64,000 bases of DNA from an uncultured Alphaproteobacteria bacterium (GCA_902595855.1 CACJRY010000004.1:1500-65499); one strand, 5' to 3'. Positions 10,732 through 21,160 are shown, counted from the stretch's first letter. A program made the numbers and translations. Notes: a model not told the origin generated them from the sequence alone.

Positions 10732-13392
10732 ATTAGATTTAATTTTTTCAATAGCTTGGTTAATATTATCTAAATTTGCACCTCCAGCTTGTGCCATATC
10801 TTTTCGACCCCCACCCCCCTTGCCTCCTAAGATTTTTGATACTTCTTGAATAACTTTGGCTGAGTCAAAATCAGATGTTAAATCTTCAGTAACACCAAGA
10901 ACAATAGATAATTTATCACTATTATGTGAAATTATTAGAGATGCACATTTTTGTTGATATTTGTTTTTTTGATCATCAACAAATTGTTTTAAAATTTTAG
11001 TTGGATAATTTTCAGCTACTAAATATACAAAATTTATATCATTTATTAGTTCAACAACTATATTTTGTGAAGAAGTTTCTTTATTTTTATTTTGCTTCTT
11101 TTGGTCTAATAGTTTTTTTAATTCTTTTATGTTATTTGTTAAATCACTATTATGATCATAAACATAATTAAAATTTTTATCAAAATCTCTTAACTCATCT
11201 ATTAGCATTGAAATTTTGTCCATGTTTTCTTTTAATAGTTTATCACCCATCTGCATTTTTTCTTTAGTATGCTGATCAACTGCAATATTTGTTAAAGCTT
11301 CTATTCTTCTTATGCCTGAAGCTACACTAGATTGATTAATAATTTTAAAATTTAAAATATCACCAGTTTGATCAACATGTGTGCCACCACATAATTCCTT
11401 AGAAAATATTTTATTATCCTCAATTGTTCCCATTGATACCACGCGAACCTCATCGCCATACTTTTCCCCAAAAAGGGCTGTTGCTCCTTCATCTATTGCC
11501 TTTTGATGATCAATAGTCTTGATTTCTATTTGCGAGTTTGCTTTTATTTCTTTTTTTACAAAATTTTCTATTTTTATAATATTTTCTGAGCTTATTGGTT
11601 CATTGTGACTAAAGTCAAATCTTAATTTTTCACTGTTAACCAATGAACCTTTTTGTGAAACATGATTTCCAAGAATTTTTCTAAGTGCAGCATGAAGTAA
11701 ATGTGTTGAGGAATGATTACATTTAATTAATTGTCTTTTATTTGAGTCAATTGTAGCTTTTATTCTGTCACCAATTTTAAATTTCCCAGTTTTAACTTTA
11801 CCATGATGTAGAAAAAAAGAACCGAATAATTTGGTAGTGTCAGTTACTTCAAAAATATTGTTTTCTAATATTATTGTACCTATGTCCCCTACTTGACCAC
11901 CACTTTCACCGTAAAAAGGCGTTTGATTTAAAATAATAATCCCTTGATCAGCTTCATTTATTTGATCAATTTTTGTATCACTCTTAACTAAAGAAATAAT
12001 TTCACTCTCAGACTCAGTTTGTTCATAGCCTAAAAATTCAGTCGAGCTTAAATTCTCAGTAATTTTAAACCAGTTTTTTTGATCTTCTTGATCACCTGTT
12101 CCTTTCCAGTTTTTACGTGCTCTTTCTTTTTGCTCTTTCATCATTTGATTGAAAGTATCAACATCAACTTCAATATTTTTTGATTTAAGATAATCTTGCG
12201 TTAAGTCTAATGGAAAGCCATAGGTATCATATAATTTAAAAGCTATTCTACCATCTAATTGTTTTGAAGATAGAGAGATTTCATCTTCTAAAATTTTTAG
12301 ACCTTTTTCTACAGTCTCCTTGAATTTAGTTTCCTCATTAATAAAAGTATTAATTATTAAATCTTTAGCTCTTATCAATTCAGGATATGCAGTTTTAAAA
12401 ATATCTAATAATGTTGGTAAAATTTTATCAAATACTGGATCCTTATTCCCTAAAGTATGAGCATGCCTCATCCCTCTTCTCATTATTCTTCTTAGAACAT
12501 AGCCTCTGCCATCATTTGAGGGGGTAACACCATCAGCAATTAAAAAAGCTGATGATCTTAAATGATCAGCTATAACTCTATGACTTGGACTCTTCGATCT
12601 ACTATCATCATTTAACAATTCAATAGATCTATTAATTAATGGAATAAATAAATCTGTATCATAATTATCATTAGTTCCATTTAATAAGGCAGATATTCTC
12701 TCCAAACCCATACCTGTATCAATAGATGGTTTTGGAAGATTAATTCTTTCAGAGGAAGTTATTTGTTCAAATTGCATAAATACAAGGTTCCAAATTTCAA
12801 TAAATCTATCACCATCTTCATTTGGACTTCCTGGTGGTCCACCTGGATATTTATCTCCATGGTCATAAAAAATTTCCGAACATGGTCCACAAGGGCCAGT
12901 TTCACCCATTGACCAAAAATTATCAGATGTGCTTATTTTAATAATCTTCTCATCACTTAAATTTGCAATTTTTTTCCAATAATTATAAGCATTTTCGTCT
13001 TCACTAAAAACTGTGACTAATAACTTTTCTTTTTCTATTTTAAATTCTTTAGTAATCAAATTCCAAGCAAATTCTATAGCTTGGTCTTTAAAATAATCAC
13101 CAAAGGAAAAATTACCTAACATTTCAAAAAAAGTATGGTGTCTTGCTGTATACCCTACATTTTCTAAGTCATTATGTTTTCCACCTGCTCTCACACACTT
13201 TTGTGAAGTAACGGCGCGGTTATAATTTCTTTTTTCCTTACCTGTAAAAATATTTTTAAATTGAACCATTCCTGAATTAGCAAACATAAGTGTTGGATCA
13301 TTATGAGGAACAAGAGGGCTAGAATGAACTATTTCGTGACCATTTTTTTTGAAATAATTTAAAAAAGTGGATCTAATTTCACTAGAATTCAT
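10720..13392 (-). CDS. alaS: alanine--tRNA ligase
   Basis: 890 aa. Class II catalytic core, editing-domain HxxxH (HSSTHLLH) and CGGTH, C-terminal DHHA1 with [16 protein letters not shown]. Confidence 0.97.
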   Translation of the reverse strand: MNSSEIRSTFLNYFKKNGHEIVHSSPLVPHNDPTLMFANSGMVQFKNIFTGKEKRNYNRAVTSQKCVRAGGKHNDLENVGYTARHHTFFEMLGNFSFGDYFKDQAIEFAWNLITKEFKIEKEKLLVTVFSEDENAYNYWKKIANLSDEKIIKISTSDNFWSMGETGPCGPCSEIFYDHGDKYPGGPPGSPNEDGDRFIEIWNLVFMQFEQITSSERINLPKPSIDTGMGLERISALLNGTNDNYDTDLFIPLINRSIELLNDDSRSKSPSHRVIADHLRSSAFLIADGVTPSNDGRGYVLRRIMRRGMRHAHTLGNKDPVFDKILPTLLDIFKTAYPELIRAKDLIINTFINEETKFKETVEKGLKILEDEISLSSKQLDGRIAFKLYDTYGFPLDLTQDYLKSKNIEVDVDTFNQMMKEQKERARKNWKGTGDQEDQKNWFKITENLSSTEFLGYEQTESESEIISLVKSDTKIDQINEADQGIIILNQTPFYGESGGQVGDIGTIILENNIFEVTDTTKLFGSFFLHHGKVKTGKFKIGDRIKATIDSNKRQLIKCNHSSTHLLHAALRKILGNHVSQKGSLVNSEKLRFDFSHNEPISSENIIKIENFVKKEIKANSQIEIKTIDHQKAIDEGATALFGEKYGDEVRVVSMGTIEDNKIFSKELCGGTHVDQTGDILNFKIINQSSVASGIRRIEALTNIAVDQHTKEKMQMGDKLLKENMDKISMLIDELRDFDKNFNYVYDHNSDLTNNIKELKKLLDQKKQNKNKETSSQNIVVELINDINFVYLVAENYPTKILKQFVDDQKNKYQQKCASLIISHNSDKLSIVLGVTEDLTSDFDSAKVIQEVSKILGGKGGGGRKDMAQAGGANLDNINQAIEKIKSNLSF

Positions 13393-13431
13393 GATGATGT
13401 ATTATAGCGTCATTTTTATTATGTCTAACAC

Positions 13432-13464
13432 AAAAAAAAAGGGGGTCTTCTGCCCCCTTTTTTT
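13432..13464 (-). terminator. rho-independent terminator downstream of recA (symmetrical A9/T7 flanks)
   Basis: AAAAAAAAA GGGGG tcttctg CCCCC TTTTTTT. A GC-only 5-bp stem (extendable through A/T) in an AT-rich spacer. On the minus strand the hairpin is followed by a T9 run, 20 nt after the recA stop. Confidence 0.7.
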
Positions 13465-13484
13465 AAATTTATTTTATATCAGAT

Positions 13485-14594
13485 TTATTCTTTAATCTTT
13501 TCTTCCTTTTTTTGTTTGGAATCAATTTCACCTTCCATCATAGCTTTCTCAACTATTCCAGCATTTTCAAGAATTTTGTTTTCTATTTCTTTAGCTATAT
13601 CACGATTATCTCTTAAGAAATTTTTGACATTTTCTCTACCTTGACCAATTTTTTGATCCTTATAAGCAAACCAAGAACCAGCTTTATCAATAATTTCAGC
13701 TTTAACACCTAGGTCAACTAATTCTCCAAGCTTAGAGATACCTTCTCCATACATGATATCAAATTCTACAACTTTGAAAGGTGGGGCCACTTTATTTTTA
13801 ACAATTTTTACTCTTGTTTGATTACCAATAATCTCATCCTTATCTTTTATCGCACCAATTCTTCTTATATCCATTCTGACAGATGAATAAAATTTTAATG
13901 CATTGCCACCTGTAGTAGTTTCTGGACTTCCAAACATTACACCAATTTTCATTCTTAACTGATTAATAAACACAACTAATGTATTAGATTGAGCAATAGA
14001 ACTAGTAAGCTTTCTTAATGCTTGACTCATTAACCTAGCTTGTAATCCAGGCAAAGAATCGCCCATATCACCCTCTAATTCAGCTCTAGGCACTAGTGCA
14101 GCTACAGAATCAATTATTAGAACATCAATTCCTCCTGACTTAATAAGTGAGTCAGCTATTTCTAAACCCTGCTCACCTGTATCTGGCTGAGATATTAATA
14201 ATTCTTCTAAATTAACTCCTAATTTTTTTGCATAGGCTGGATCAAGAGCATGTTCAGCATCAATAAATGCGCAATTTCCACCTTGTTTTTGTGATTCAGC
14301 AACAATATGCGTTGCAAGTGTAGTTTTTCCTGAACTTTCAGGTCCATAAATTTCTATTATTCTGCCTTTTGGAACGCCACCAATACCCAAAGCTATATCC
14401 AGTCCAAGTGAACCTGTTGAAATTGCCTCAATATCAACATTGGTTTTTGATCCAAGTTTCATAATTGAACCTTTTCCATAGTTTTTTTCAATTAAACTTA
14501 CAGCAGCCTCTAAAGATTTGGTTCTGTTTTCTTTATCCATTGTATGATTCTCTATTACTTTTAATTTAGTTTGAGACATTGTTTTCTCCATCAT
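13485..14594 (-). CDS. recA: recombinase RecA
   Basis: 369-aa ORF. Walker [11 protein letters not shown]1/L2 regions conserved. The true start is probably the third in-frame ATG at 14579 (MSQTKLK…), which has GGAG 6 nt upstream. Confidence 0.97.
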   Translation of the reverse strand: MMEKTMSQTKLKVIENHTMDKENRTKSLEAAVSLIEKNYGKGSIMKLGSKTNVDIEAISTGSLGLDIALGIGGVPKGRIIEIYGPESSGKTTLATHIVAESQKQGGNCAFIDAEHALDPAYAKKLGVNLEELLISQPDTGEQGLEIADSLIKSGGIDVLIIDSVAALVPRAELEGDMGDSLPGLQARLMSQALRKLTSSIAQSNTLVVFINQLRMKIGVMFGSPETTTGGNALKFYSSVRMDIRRIGAIKDKDEIIGNQTRVKIVKNKVAPPFKVVEFDIMYGEGISKLGELVDLGVKAEIIDKAGSWFAYKDQKIGQGRENVKNFLRDNRDIAKEIENKILENAGIVEKAMMEGEIDSKQKKEEKIKE

Positions 14595-14663
14595 TTGGTA
14601 GTTTTTTATTGTGATTCTTGCAAATCATGATTTTTTTGTACATGTTTTGTTCTCATTTTAAAA

Positions 14664-14678
14664 GTTCTATTTTTGTTC
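14664..14678 (-). promoter_or_regulatory. putative LexA (SOS) box, alphaproteobacterial direct-repeat type
   Basis: GTTC tattttt GTTC (GAAC-N7-GAAC on the recA strand), about 70-85 nt upstream of the recA start. A third GTTC lies at 14649-14652. Confidence 0.5.
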
Positions 14679-14783
14679 TTTTCATAAATATTTAATAACT
14701 TATTGAAATATATGTATTTTATTTTGAGAATATTAATCTTGAATTTAAAAAATCTTTTGATAAATCCTTTCAAGTTTTAAATT

Positions 14784-15191
14784 ATGGCTAAAATATCAAA
14801 AACATACAAACCTACTCAAAAAGAAAAGTTTATGAATGCTAAAATGAAAGAGTATTTCCGACAAAAACTTGAGAATTGGAAGGGTGAGCTTTTACGAGAA
14901 TCTTCACAAACATTAAATAACCTTCAAACAGAAAATGAAGCAAAACCTGATATGACTGATAGAGCTTCTGAAGAAATAGATAGAACATTTGAGCTTAGAA
15001 CGAGAGACAGAGAAAGAAAATTAATAAATAAAATAGATGCTGCATTAAGAAGAATCGAAGATGGAACATACGGCTATTGTGATGAGACTGGTGAGCCAAT
15101 TGGTTTAAAAAGACTTGAGGCACGTCCAGTTGCAACATTAAGTCTTGAGGCTCAAGAGATGCACGAAAAAGCCGAAAAAAGATTAAATTAA
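14784..15191 (+). CDS. dksA: RNA polymerase-binding transcription factor DksA (Cys-poor alphaproteobacterial type)
   Basis: 135 aa. Coiled-coil tip DxxDxA-type region (MTDRASEEIDRTFE) and C-terminal YGYCDETGEPIGLKRLEARPVATLSLEAQ, with only 1 of the 4 canonical Zn-finger cysteines. Confidence 0.9.
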   Translation: MAKISKTYKPTQKEKFMNAKMKEYFRQKLENWKGELLRESSQTLNNLQTENEAKPDMTDRASEEIDRTFELRTRDRERKLINKIDAALRRIEDGTYGYCDETGEPIGLKRLEARPVATLSLEAQEMHEKAEKRLN

Positions 15192-15218
15192 TTTAAATAA
15201 TATATAAGAGTATTTATA

Positions 15219-15413
15219 ATGAAAAATTACTCTAGTCTTTTTACGCCTGGTGTATATGTTATTAATCGTGATAAAAAAAATGAATGGGGAATTGGACAAA
15301 TTCAATCTTCAATTAATAATTTTATTACAGTAAATTTTGAAAATGTAGGAAAAAAAACAATTAATCTCAATAAAATCAATCTCGAAATAATTAATATTAA
15401 TGCAGCTAGTTGA
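15219..15413 (+). CDS. small conserved hypothetical protein (DUF3553-like)
   Basis: 64 aa. The core NEWGIGQIQSSINNFITVNFENVGKKTI resembles the DUF3553 signature as I recall it. Overlaps the moaA start by 14 nt. Confidence 0.45.
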   Translation: MKNYSSLFTPGVYVINRDKKNEWGIGQIQSSINNFITVNFENVGKKTINLNKINLEIININAAS

Positions 15414-16392
15414 TCAATTTCTTAGAAAAATAAATTACTTGAGAGTATCTGTTACGGACAGATGTGATTTAAGATGCGTATATTGTATGAAAGAAAAAAT
15501 GAATTTTTTACCAAAAAATGAAGTTTTGAGTCTTGAAGAAATTGAAAGACTTTGTGATAATTTTATTGAATTAGGAGTTGAAAAAATAAGATTAACTGGT
15601 GGTGAACCTCTTGTAAGAAAAAATATTATTCATCTTATCGAAAATCTTAATAAGAAAAAATCCTCTACCAACCTAAAAGAAATAACTCTAACTACTAATG
15701 GAAGCTTATTAAAAAGATATGCTAAAGATTTAAAAACAAATGGAATCAACAGAATTAATGTATCACTAGATACAATAATAGAAAAAAAATTTAGAGAAAT
15801 TACTCGTTTTGGAAATTTACAAAATACATTAGATGGTATTGAAGAAGCTATAAAAAATGGCATCAAAGTAAAAATAAATACTGTTGTTTTTAAAAACTTT
15901 AATGAAGATCAAACTACGAACCTTATTAATTGGGCTAATAAAAAATTATTAGACCTCACTTTTATTGAGGTAATGCCAATGAGTGATACTGACTTACCAA
16001 GACATATGCAATTTGTTAGTTTAGATAAAATTTTTAAGGAATTAAATAATACCTTTAATTTTATTCAATCAGATTATAAAACTGGTGGGCCATCAAATTA
16101 TTATGTTAGCGAAAAACTAGATATAAAAATTGGCTTTATTACTCCTTTATCTAATAATTTTTGTGCAACATGTAATAGAGTTAGAGTATCAAGTACTGGA
16201 AAAATGTATATGTGTCTTGGTCAAAATGATTATGTAGATTTTAGAAACATATTAAGAACTGATAGAAGTGATGATTATATAAAAGATAAAATAAGATTCG
16301 CCTTGAGTATCAAACCTAAAAGGCATGATTTTATAATTGATTCAGAAGTTAAACCTTATATTAGCCGACACATGAATGAGACAGGTGGATAG
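15400..16392 (+). CDS. moaA: GTP 3',8-cyclase (molybdenum cofactor biosynthesis protein A)
   Basis: 330 aa. Radical-SAM CDLRCVYC near the N-terminus, second cluster CATCNRVRVSSTGKMYMC, C-terminal Gly-Gly. Confidence 0.9.
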   Translation: MQLVDQFLRKINYLRVSVTDRCDLRCVYCMKEKMNFLPKNEVLSLEEIERLCDNFIELGVEKIRLTGGEPLVRKNIIHLIENLNKKKSSTNLKEITLTTNGSLLKRYAKDLKTNGINRINVSLDTIIEKKFREITRFGNLQNTLDGIEEAIKNGIKVKINTVVFKNFNEDQTTNLINWANKKLLDLTFIEVMPMSDTDLPRHMQFVSLDKIFKELNNTFNFIQSDYKTGGPSNYYVSEKLDIKIGFITPLSNNFCATCNRVRVSSTGKMYMCLGQNDYVDFRNILRTDRSDDYIKDKIRFALSIKPKRHDFIIDSEVKPYISRHMNETGG

Positions 16393-17150
16393 TGAAATTT
16401 CATTTTACTTCATCTAATTCTAAAGAAGCGCAAAAAGCAAAAGAAGATTTTGTAAGCTCCTATTCTCAAAGTGAGCCAGAGTCAGCTGATGTGATTATAC
16501 CAATTGGAGGAGATGGAATATTATTAAAATCTCTTCATGACTTCAATAGTCTTAATAAACCTTTTTTTGGAATTAATTATGGATCTGTTGGTTTTCTGAT
16601 GAATTCTGCAAATAAAAACAATTTAGAGGATACAATCAATAACTCTAAATCTACAGAATTAAAGCCGCTCAAAATGATAGCAAAAGATGATAAAAATAAT
16701 AGTTACGAATCAATTGCTTATAATGAGGTTTCATTAATGAGACAAAGTCATCAGGCTTCTAAATTCGAGATTAAGATTAATGATATTGCAAGAATGAATG
16801 AGTTAATTTGTGATGGGGTATTAGTCTCTACATCTGCTGGAAGTACTGCTTACAATTTATCAGCACATGGAAGTATATTGCCTTTAGACTCAAAATTGTT
16901 AGCTTTAACACCTATTAGTGCTTTTCGACCCAGAAGATGGAGAGGTGCTCTTCTTTCTGATAGCAATATAATTCAGATAAATGTATTGAATTTTAAAGAA
17001 AGACAAGTCAGCGTTACTGCTGATAATATAGAATTTAGAAATATCAAAGAAGTAACTATACAATCCTCAAATGATAAAAAATGTAAAATTTTATTTGATA
17101 AAAATCATTCTATTGAAGATAAAATTTTAAATGAACAATTTGAATATTAA
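16392..17150 (+). CDS. nadK: NAD(+) kinase
   Basis: 252 aa, GTG start overlapping the moaA stop by 1 nt. GGDGILL and VSTSAGSTAYNLSAHG motifs. Confidence 0.85.
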   Translation: MKFHFTSSNSKEAQKAKEDFVSSYSQSEPESADVIIPIGGDGILLKSLHDFNSLNKPFFGINYGSVGFLMNSANKNNLEDTINNSKSTELKPLKMIAKDDKNNSYESIAYNEVSLMRQSHQASKFEIKINDIARMNELICDGVLVSTSAGSTAYNLSAHGSILPLDSKLLALTPISAFRPRRWRGALLSDSNIIQINVLNFKERQVSVTADNIEFRNIKEVTIQSSNDKKCKILFDKNHSIEDKILNEQFEY

Positions 17151-17518
17151 TCAGGACAGTAAATACATATCTTATTTCCATCTAGATCTCTAAAATATGC
17201 ATAAAAATCTTCTTCATGCCTTGGTCCAGGTTTGCCTTCATCTTTTCCACCTAATTTTAGAGCTAAGTTATAAATGTTAATAACATTTTCTTTTGAGTTA
17301 GCTGTAAAAGTAATCATAGTACCATTACCAAAAGTAGCTTCTTGCTTATTGTGAGGCTTCATTAAATAGAACTCAATTATCTGACTATCTTTCTTCCCAT
17401 AACCAACATAGCGATCATCTTCTTCTACTAGTACTATTCCTATTAAACTAAGGAGTGCGTTGTAAAAATTCTTACCTTTTTCGAGATTATTTGTTCCTAA
17501 AGTTACAAAGCTAAACAT
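17147..17518 (-). CDS. VOC (glyoxalase/bleomycin-resistance/dioxygenase) family protein
   Basis: 123 aa. Typical VOC N-terminus (FSFVTLGTNNLEKGKNFY) and C-terminus (YFRDLDGNKICIY). Confidence 0.7.
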   Translation of the reverse strand: MFSFVTLGTNNLEKGKNFYNALLSLIGIVLVEEDDRYVGYGKKDSQIIEFYLMKPHNKQEATFGNGTMITFTANSKENVINIYNLALKLGGKDEGKPGPRHEEDFYAYFRDLDGNKICIYCPD

Positions 17519-17533
17519 AATATTTTAAAAGTT

Positions 17534-17618
17534 TGGTAGCCTCGGCCGGACTTGAACCGGCACTCCCAAAAGGGCAAGGATTTTAAGTCCTTTGTGTCTA
17601 CCATTCCACCACGAGGCC
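17534..17618 (-). tRNA. tRNA-Leu (anticodon UAA)
   Basis: Hand-folded reverse complement: GGCCTCG TG GTGGAATGGTAGACAC A AAGGA CTTAAAA TCCTT GCCCTTTTGGGAGT GCCGG TTCAAGT CCGGC CGAGGCT A CCA. It has a 7-bp acceptor (G1-U72 wobble), a long variable arm (class II), a TTCAAGT T-loop and an encoded CCA. Confidence 0.9.
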
Positions 17619-17636
17619 AATCTAAAAATTGTATTA

Positions 17637-18383
17637 TCAGACAATGGAGTAATTTCCACCATTTAATTTTATCATCTCACTTATTTCTTTTTCTACATCA
17701 TCTAGTGAGTTCATTGTCCATGACGATATTGATATATTAACACCGCCAGTTTTTGATAAAAAGTTAAAATATGGATAACTGCCAATTGAACATTCATTAT
17801 ATTTTTTCTGTATCTCGTTTAGAAAAGGAGCTAATTTACTTTCATATAAATTAGTATTTATAGTTACAACTTTCTTTGGCTTCCCTTTTTTTATATTTTT
17901 TAGAATATTAATAAACATCACTTCCATTATTTTAGGAACGCCAGGAAGAACATATACATTATTTAAAATAAATCCTGGCGCAGCAGTCATTGGATTATAG
18001 ATTAATTGAACATCTGATGGCATTTTAGCCATTCTTTGTCGACTTTCATTAAATTCACCTTCAGAATAGTATTTTTCTAAAATATTAAACGCTTCTTTAT
18101 TCATCTCGTATTTTTTATTAAATGCCTCAGCTACACATTCTGAAGTAATATCATCATGAGTGGGGCCAATGCCTCCAGTGGTAAAAACATAATTGTAATT
18201 CTCACTAAATAATTTTACAGAGTTAATGATATGGTTTTTATGATCTTGAATTATTTTTATTTCCTCAAGTTTTATTCCTGATGATGTTAAATTTTTTGCA
18301 ATAAAATTTGAATTTGTGTCTTGAGTTCTACCAGATAATACTTCATCTCCAATAATCAAAATTCCAGCTGTCAAAATAGTCAT
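17637..18383 (-). CDS. CinA-like molybdopterin-binding (MoCF_biosynth) domain protein, no PncC domain
   Basis: 248 aa. N-terminus ILIIGDEVLSGRTQDTNSNFIAKNL and TTGGIGPTHDDIT are typical of the CinA N-terminal/MoaB-MogA fold. Confidence 0.75.
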   Translation of the reverse strand: MTILTAGILIIGDEVLSGRTQDTNSNFIAKNLTSSGIKLEEIKIIQDHKNHIINSVKLFSENYNYVFTTGGIGPTHDDITSECVAEAFNKKYEMNKEAFNILEKYYSEGEFNESRQRMAKMPSDVQLIYNPMTAAPGFILNNVYVLPGVPKIMEVMFINILKNIKKGKPKKVVTINTNLYESKLAPFLNEIQKKYNECSIGSYPYFNFLSKTGGVNISISSWTMNSLDDVEKEISEMIKLNGGNYSIV

Positions 18384-18446
18384 AGAGCAAATTTTTTATA
18401 ATTATTCTGTTATTTATCAAATAAAAACATTAAATAGAATTAATAA

Positions 18447-19241
18447 ATGCAATCAAATAATATTCCAATTTATCACAAAAATGACTTCCAAAAGATGCAT
18501 CAAGCAGGAAGATTGGCTGCCTATGTATTGGATCAATTATATGAATTAATTCAACCAGGCATTTCTACTTTAGAAATTAATGATTTTTGTCACAATTTAA
18601 TAATTAAAAATAATGCCATCCCAGCTCCTCTTAATTATAAAGGTTTCCCAAAATCTGTATGCACATCAGTTAATCATGTTGTATGTCACGGTATACCAAA
18701 CGAAAATAAATTACTAAATAATGGTGATATCATAAATGTTGATGTTACTGTTATTTTGGATGGATGGTTTGGAGATAGTTCCAGAATGTTTGTTGCCGGT
18801 AAAACAAATAAAAAAAATTATAATTTGCTTAAGACAACATATGAATGTCTTCTTCTTGGAATAAAAGAGGCCATTCCTGGAAAAACATTTGGAGATATAG
18901 GTAGTAAAATTCAAGAATATGCTGAAATCAAGAATTATTCTGTTGTTAGAGATTTCTGTGGGCATGGCATTGGAAAAGAATTTCATACCCCTCCAAGTGT
19001 ACTTCATTATGGTAAAGTTGGTGAAGGTCCAGAACTGAAACCTGGAATGTTTTTTACTATTGAACCTATGATCAATTTAGGTGATTGGAGAATAAAAATA
19101 CTTAATGATGGATGGACAGCAGTAACTAAAGATAGATCTTTATCTGCTCAATTTGAGCATACTATTGGCATTACTGAAGAAGGTAATGAAATTTTTACCC
19201 TGTCAGAAAATAATACAGATTTTCCAATAAATGATTTATAA
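18447..19241 (+). CDS. map: type I methionine aminopeptidase
   Basis: 264 aa. VCHGIP, DVTV, CGHGIG, FTIEP and FEHT metal-ligand blocks. Confidence 0.95.
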   Translation: MQSNNIPIYHKNDFQKMHQAGRLAAYVLDQLYELIQPGISTLEINDFCHNLIIKNNAIPAPLNYKGFPKSVCTSVNHVVCHGIPNENKLLNNGDIINVDVTVILDGWFGDSSRMFVAGKTNKKNYNLLKTTYECLLLGIKEAIPGKTFGDIGSKIQEYAEIKNYSVVRDFCGHGIGKEFHTPPSVLHYGKVGEGPELKPGMFFTIEPMINLGDWRIKILNDGWTAVTKDRSLSAQFEHTIGITEEGNEIFTLSENNTDFPINDL

Positions 19242-19249
19242 AAATAATT

Positions 19250-20542
19250 ATGATACCAAGATACAATAGACCCAAAATTGAAAAAATTTGGACACTTGAA
19301 AACAAATTTAAGATTTGGACAGATATTGAAATTTTAATTGCTGAAAAATTAGCTGACATCGGCGTTATACCAAAAATTGCCTCAAAAGAGATAAAAAGAA
19401 AAGCTAAATTTAATGTTGATGAAATAAATAAATTAGAGAAACAAACAAGACACGATGTAAATGCATACATAGATAATGTAAGTAAATATATAGGTAAACA
19501 ATCAAAGTACTTTCATCATGGTGTAACTTCAAGTGATATTATAGATACTGGTTTCTCTATCCAATTGAAGCAAACTGGCGAAATAATTATAAAAGAACTT
19601 AAAATTTTATTAAAAAATTTAAAAGCTAAGTCACTAAAATATAAAAATACCGCGATGATTGGTAGAAGTCATGGAATTCATGCTGAGCCAATAACTTTTG
19701 GGTTAAAATTAGGATCTTTTTATAATGAATTTAAGAGAAATTTAAAAAGACTAGAACTGGCTATAGAAGAGATTGGTATTTGCTCAATTTCTGGACCGGT
19801 CGGAACATATGACAGCATTGATCCTAGAGTTGAAAAATATGTAGCAAATAAATTAAAATTAAAATCAGAAGATATTTCAACTCAAATCATTCCAAGAGAT
19901 AGACATGCATTCTTTTTTTCAGTACTTGGCATAATAGCATCTTCAATAGAGCGTTTTGCTGTTGAAATAAGGCACTTGCAAAGAACTGAATTACTTGAAG
20001 TTGAAGAAAAATTTAATTCTAAACAAAAAGGATCATCTGCAATGCCGCACAAAAGAAACCCTGTCTTAAGTGAAAACTTAACCGGTTTAGCTAGATATAT
20101 ACGAAGTGCAGTAATTCCTTCTATGGAGAATATTGTTTTATGGCATGAGCGAGATATTAGTCATTCAAGTGTTGAGAGAATTATGGCGCCAGATATAAGT
20201 ATTGCATTGGACTTTTCATTAAACAGATTAAATGAAATCGTTAAAACAATGACTGTTTATCCAAAAAATATGGAAAAAAATTTAAATTTATTGGGCGGAC
20301 TTTACAATAGTCAGAAACTTCTTTTAAAATTAACTAAAAAAGGTCTTTCGAGACAAGAGGCATACTCAATTGTCCAAAAAAATGCAATGAAAGCTTGGCA
20401 TAATAATAAAAAATTTCATGATGTTTTAAAAAAAGACACAAATTTATTAAAATACCTATCAAAAGAAGAACTGATAAATATTTTAAAAAATGATAAAAAA
20501 AACAGCAAAATAGATTGGATTTTCAAAAATAAAATTAAATGA
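19250..20542 (+). CDS. purB: adenylosuccinate lyase
   Basis: 430 aa. Fumarate-lyase signature GSSAMPHKRNP; typical PurB N-terminus (RYNRPKIEKIW). Confidence 0.95.
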   Translation: MIPRYNRPKIEKIWTLENKFKIWTDIEILIAEKLADIGVIPKIASKEIKRKAKFNVDEINKLEKQTRHDVNAYIDNVSKYIGKQSKYFHHGVTSSDIIDTGFSIQLKQTGEIIIKELKILLKNLKAKSLKYKNTAMIGRSHGIHAEPITFGLKLGSFYNEFKRNLKRLELAIEEIGICSISGPVGTYDSIDPRVEKYVANKLKLKSEDISTQIIPRDRHAFFFSVLGIIASSIERFAVEIRHLQRTELLEVEEKFNSKQKGSSAMPHKRNPVLSENLTGLARYIRSAVIPSMENIVLWHERDISHSSVERIMAPDISIALDFSLNRLNEIVKTMTVYPKNMEKNLNLLGGLYNSQKLLLKLTKKGLSRQEAYSIVQKNAMKAWHNNKKFHDVLKKDTNLLKYLSKEELINILKNDKKNSKIDWIFKNKIK

Positions 20543-20579
20543 TCTTTATTTTTTATAATTATTAAACTATTTAAATATT

Positions 20580-20810
20580 ATGCCACTATCAAAAAAAGAC
20601 CTGGAAAACCATATTAAAGCAAGCATTCCTGACTCTATAGTTATCATTGAAGATTTGAGAGGTGATGGTGACCACTATAGTGCTACTGTAATTTCAAAAT
20701 CTTTTGCTGGTAAATCAAAAATTGAACAACATAAGATGGTATATGACTCATTAAATGGAAAAATGGGAAATGAACTTCATGCATTAATGCTAAAAACAAG
20801 AACGGAGTAA
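20580..20810 (+). CDS. BolA family protein
   Basis: 76 aa. BolA fold signature (…GDGDHYSATVISKSFAGKSKIEQHKMVYD…ELHALMLKT). Immediately precedes a monothiol glutaredoxin, its classical partner. Confidence 0.85.
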   Translation: MPLSKKDLENHIKASIPDSIVIIEDLRGDGDHYSATVISKSFAGKSKIEQHKMVYDSLNGKMGNELHALMLKTRTE

Positions 20811-20812
20811 AT

Positions 20813-21160
20813 ATGGAAGAAAATAACATTATTGATGTCACAGAAAATATTAAAAATGAAATTAAATCAAACGATGTAGTTTTATTTATGAAAGGAACAC
20901 CAGTTTTTCCAATGTGTGGTTTCTCTGCAGCCACTGTACAAGTATTATCAGATATTGGAGTAAAATTTAGTAGCGTTAATGTATTAGATAGCAATGAAAT
21001 GAGAGAAGGAATTAAAAAATTCTCAAATTGGCCAACTATACCTCAACTGTATGTCAAAGAAGAATTTATAGGAGGGTGTGACATTGTTAAAGAAATGTAT
21101 GAAACTGGAGAGCTTATTGAATTATTCAATAGCAGAGGAATAGACGTAAAACCCTCTTAA
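20813..21160 (+). CDS. grxD: monothiol glutaredoxin (Grx4 family)
   Basis: 115 aa. CGFS active site (FPMCGFSAAT), WPTIPQLYV, GGCDI. Confidence 0.9.
   Translation: MEENNIIDVTENIKNEIKSNDVVLFMKGTPVFPMCGFSAATVQVLSDIGVKFSSVNVLDSNEMREGIKKFSNWPTIPQLYVKEEFIGGCDIVKEMYETGELIELFNSRGIDVKPS

Noticed and set aside
14627-14695. 22-codon hydrophobic mini-ORF (MIFLYMFCSHFKSSIFVLFINI) in the recA/dksA spacer
   Set aside because: It has no Shine-Dalgarno and a T-rich sequence that translates to Phe/Leu by default. It overlaps the putative SOS box and likely promoter DNA, so there is no support for coding.
17534-17618. tRNA-Leu as an integration site for a genomic island
   Set aside because: There is no integrase, no direct repeat of the tRNA 3' end that I could see, and the flanking genes are ordinary housekeeping genes.
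17552-17740. 62-aa plus-strand ORF
   Set aside because: It overlaps the tRNA-Leu gene and the 3' end of the CinA-like gene. It is explained by the GC-rich, stop-poor tRNA sequence.
18542-18553. Other TGAAT/ATTCA inverted repeats: TGAAT-ta-ATTCA (18542-18553), ATTGAAT-t-ATTCAAT (21116-21130), TGAATATTCA (44294-44303) and ATTTGAA-ttgt-TTCAAAT (30209-30226)
   Set aside because: All lie inside coding regions and have different spacing or a different half-site from the three intergenic N4 sites. I treat them as chance palindromes in AT-rich DNA. They are a caution about half-site abundance.
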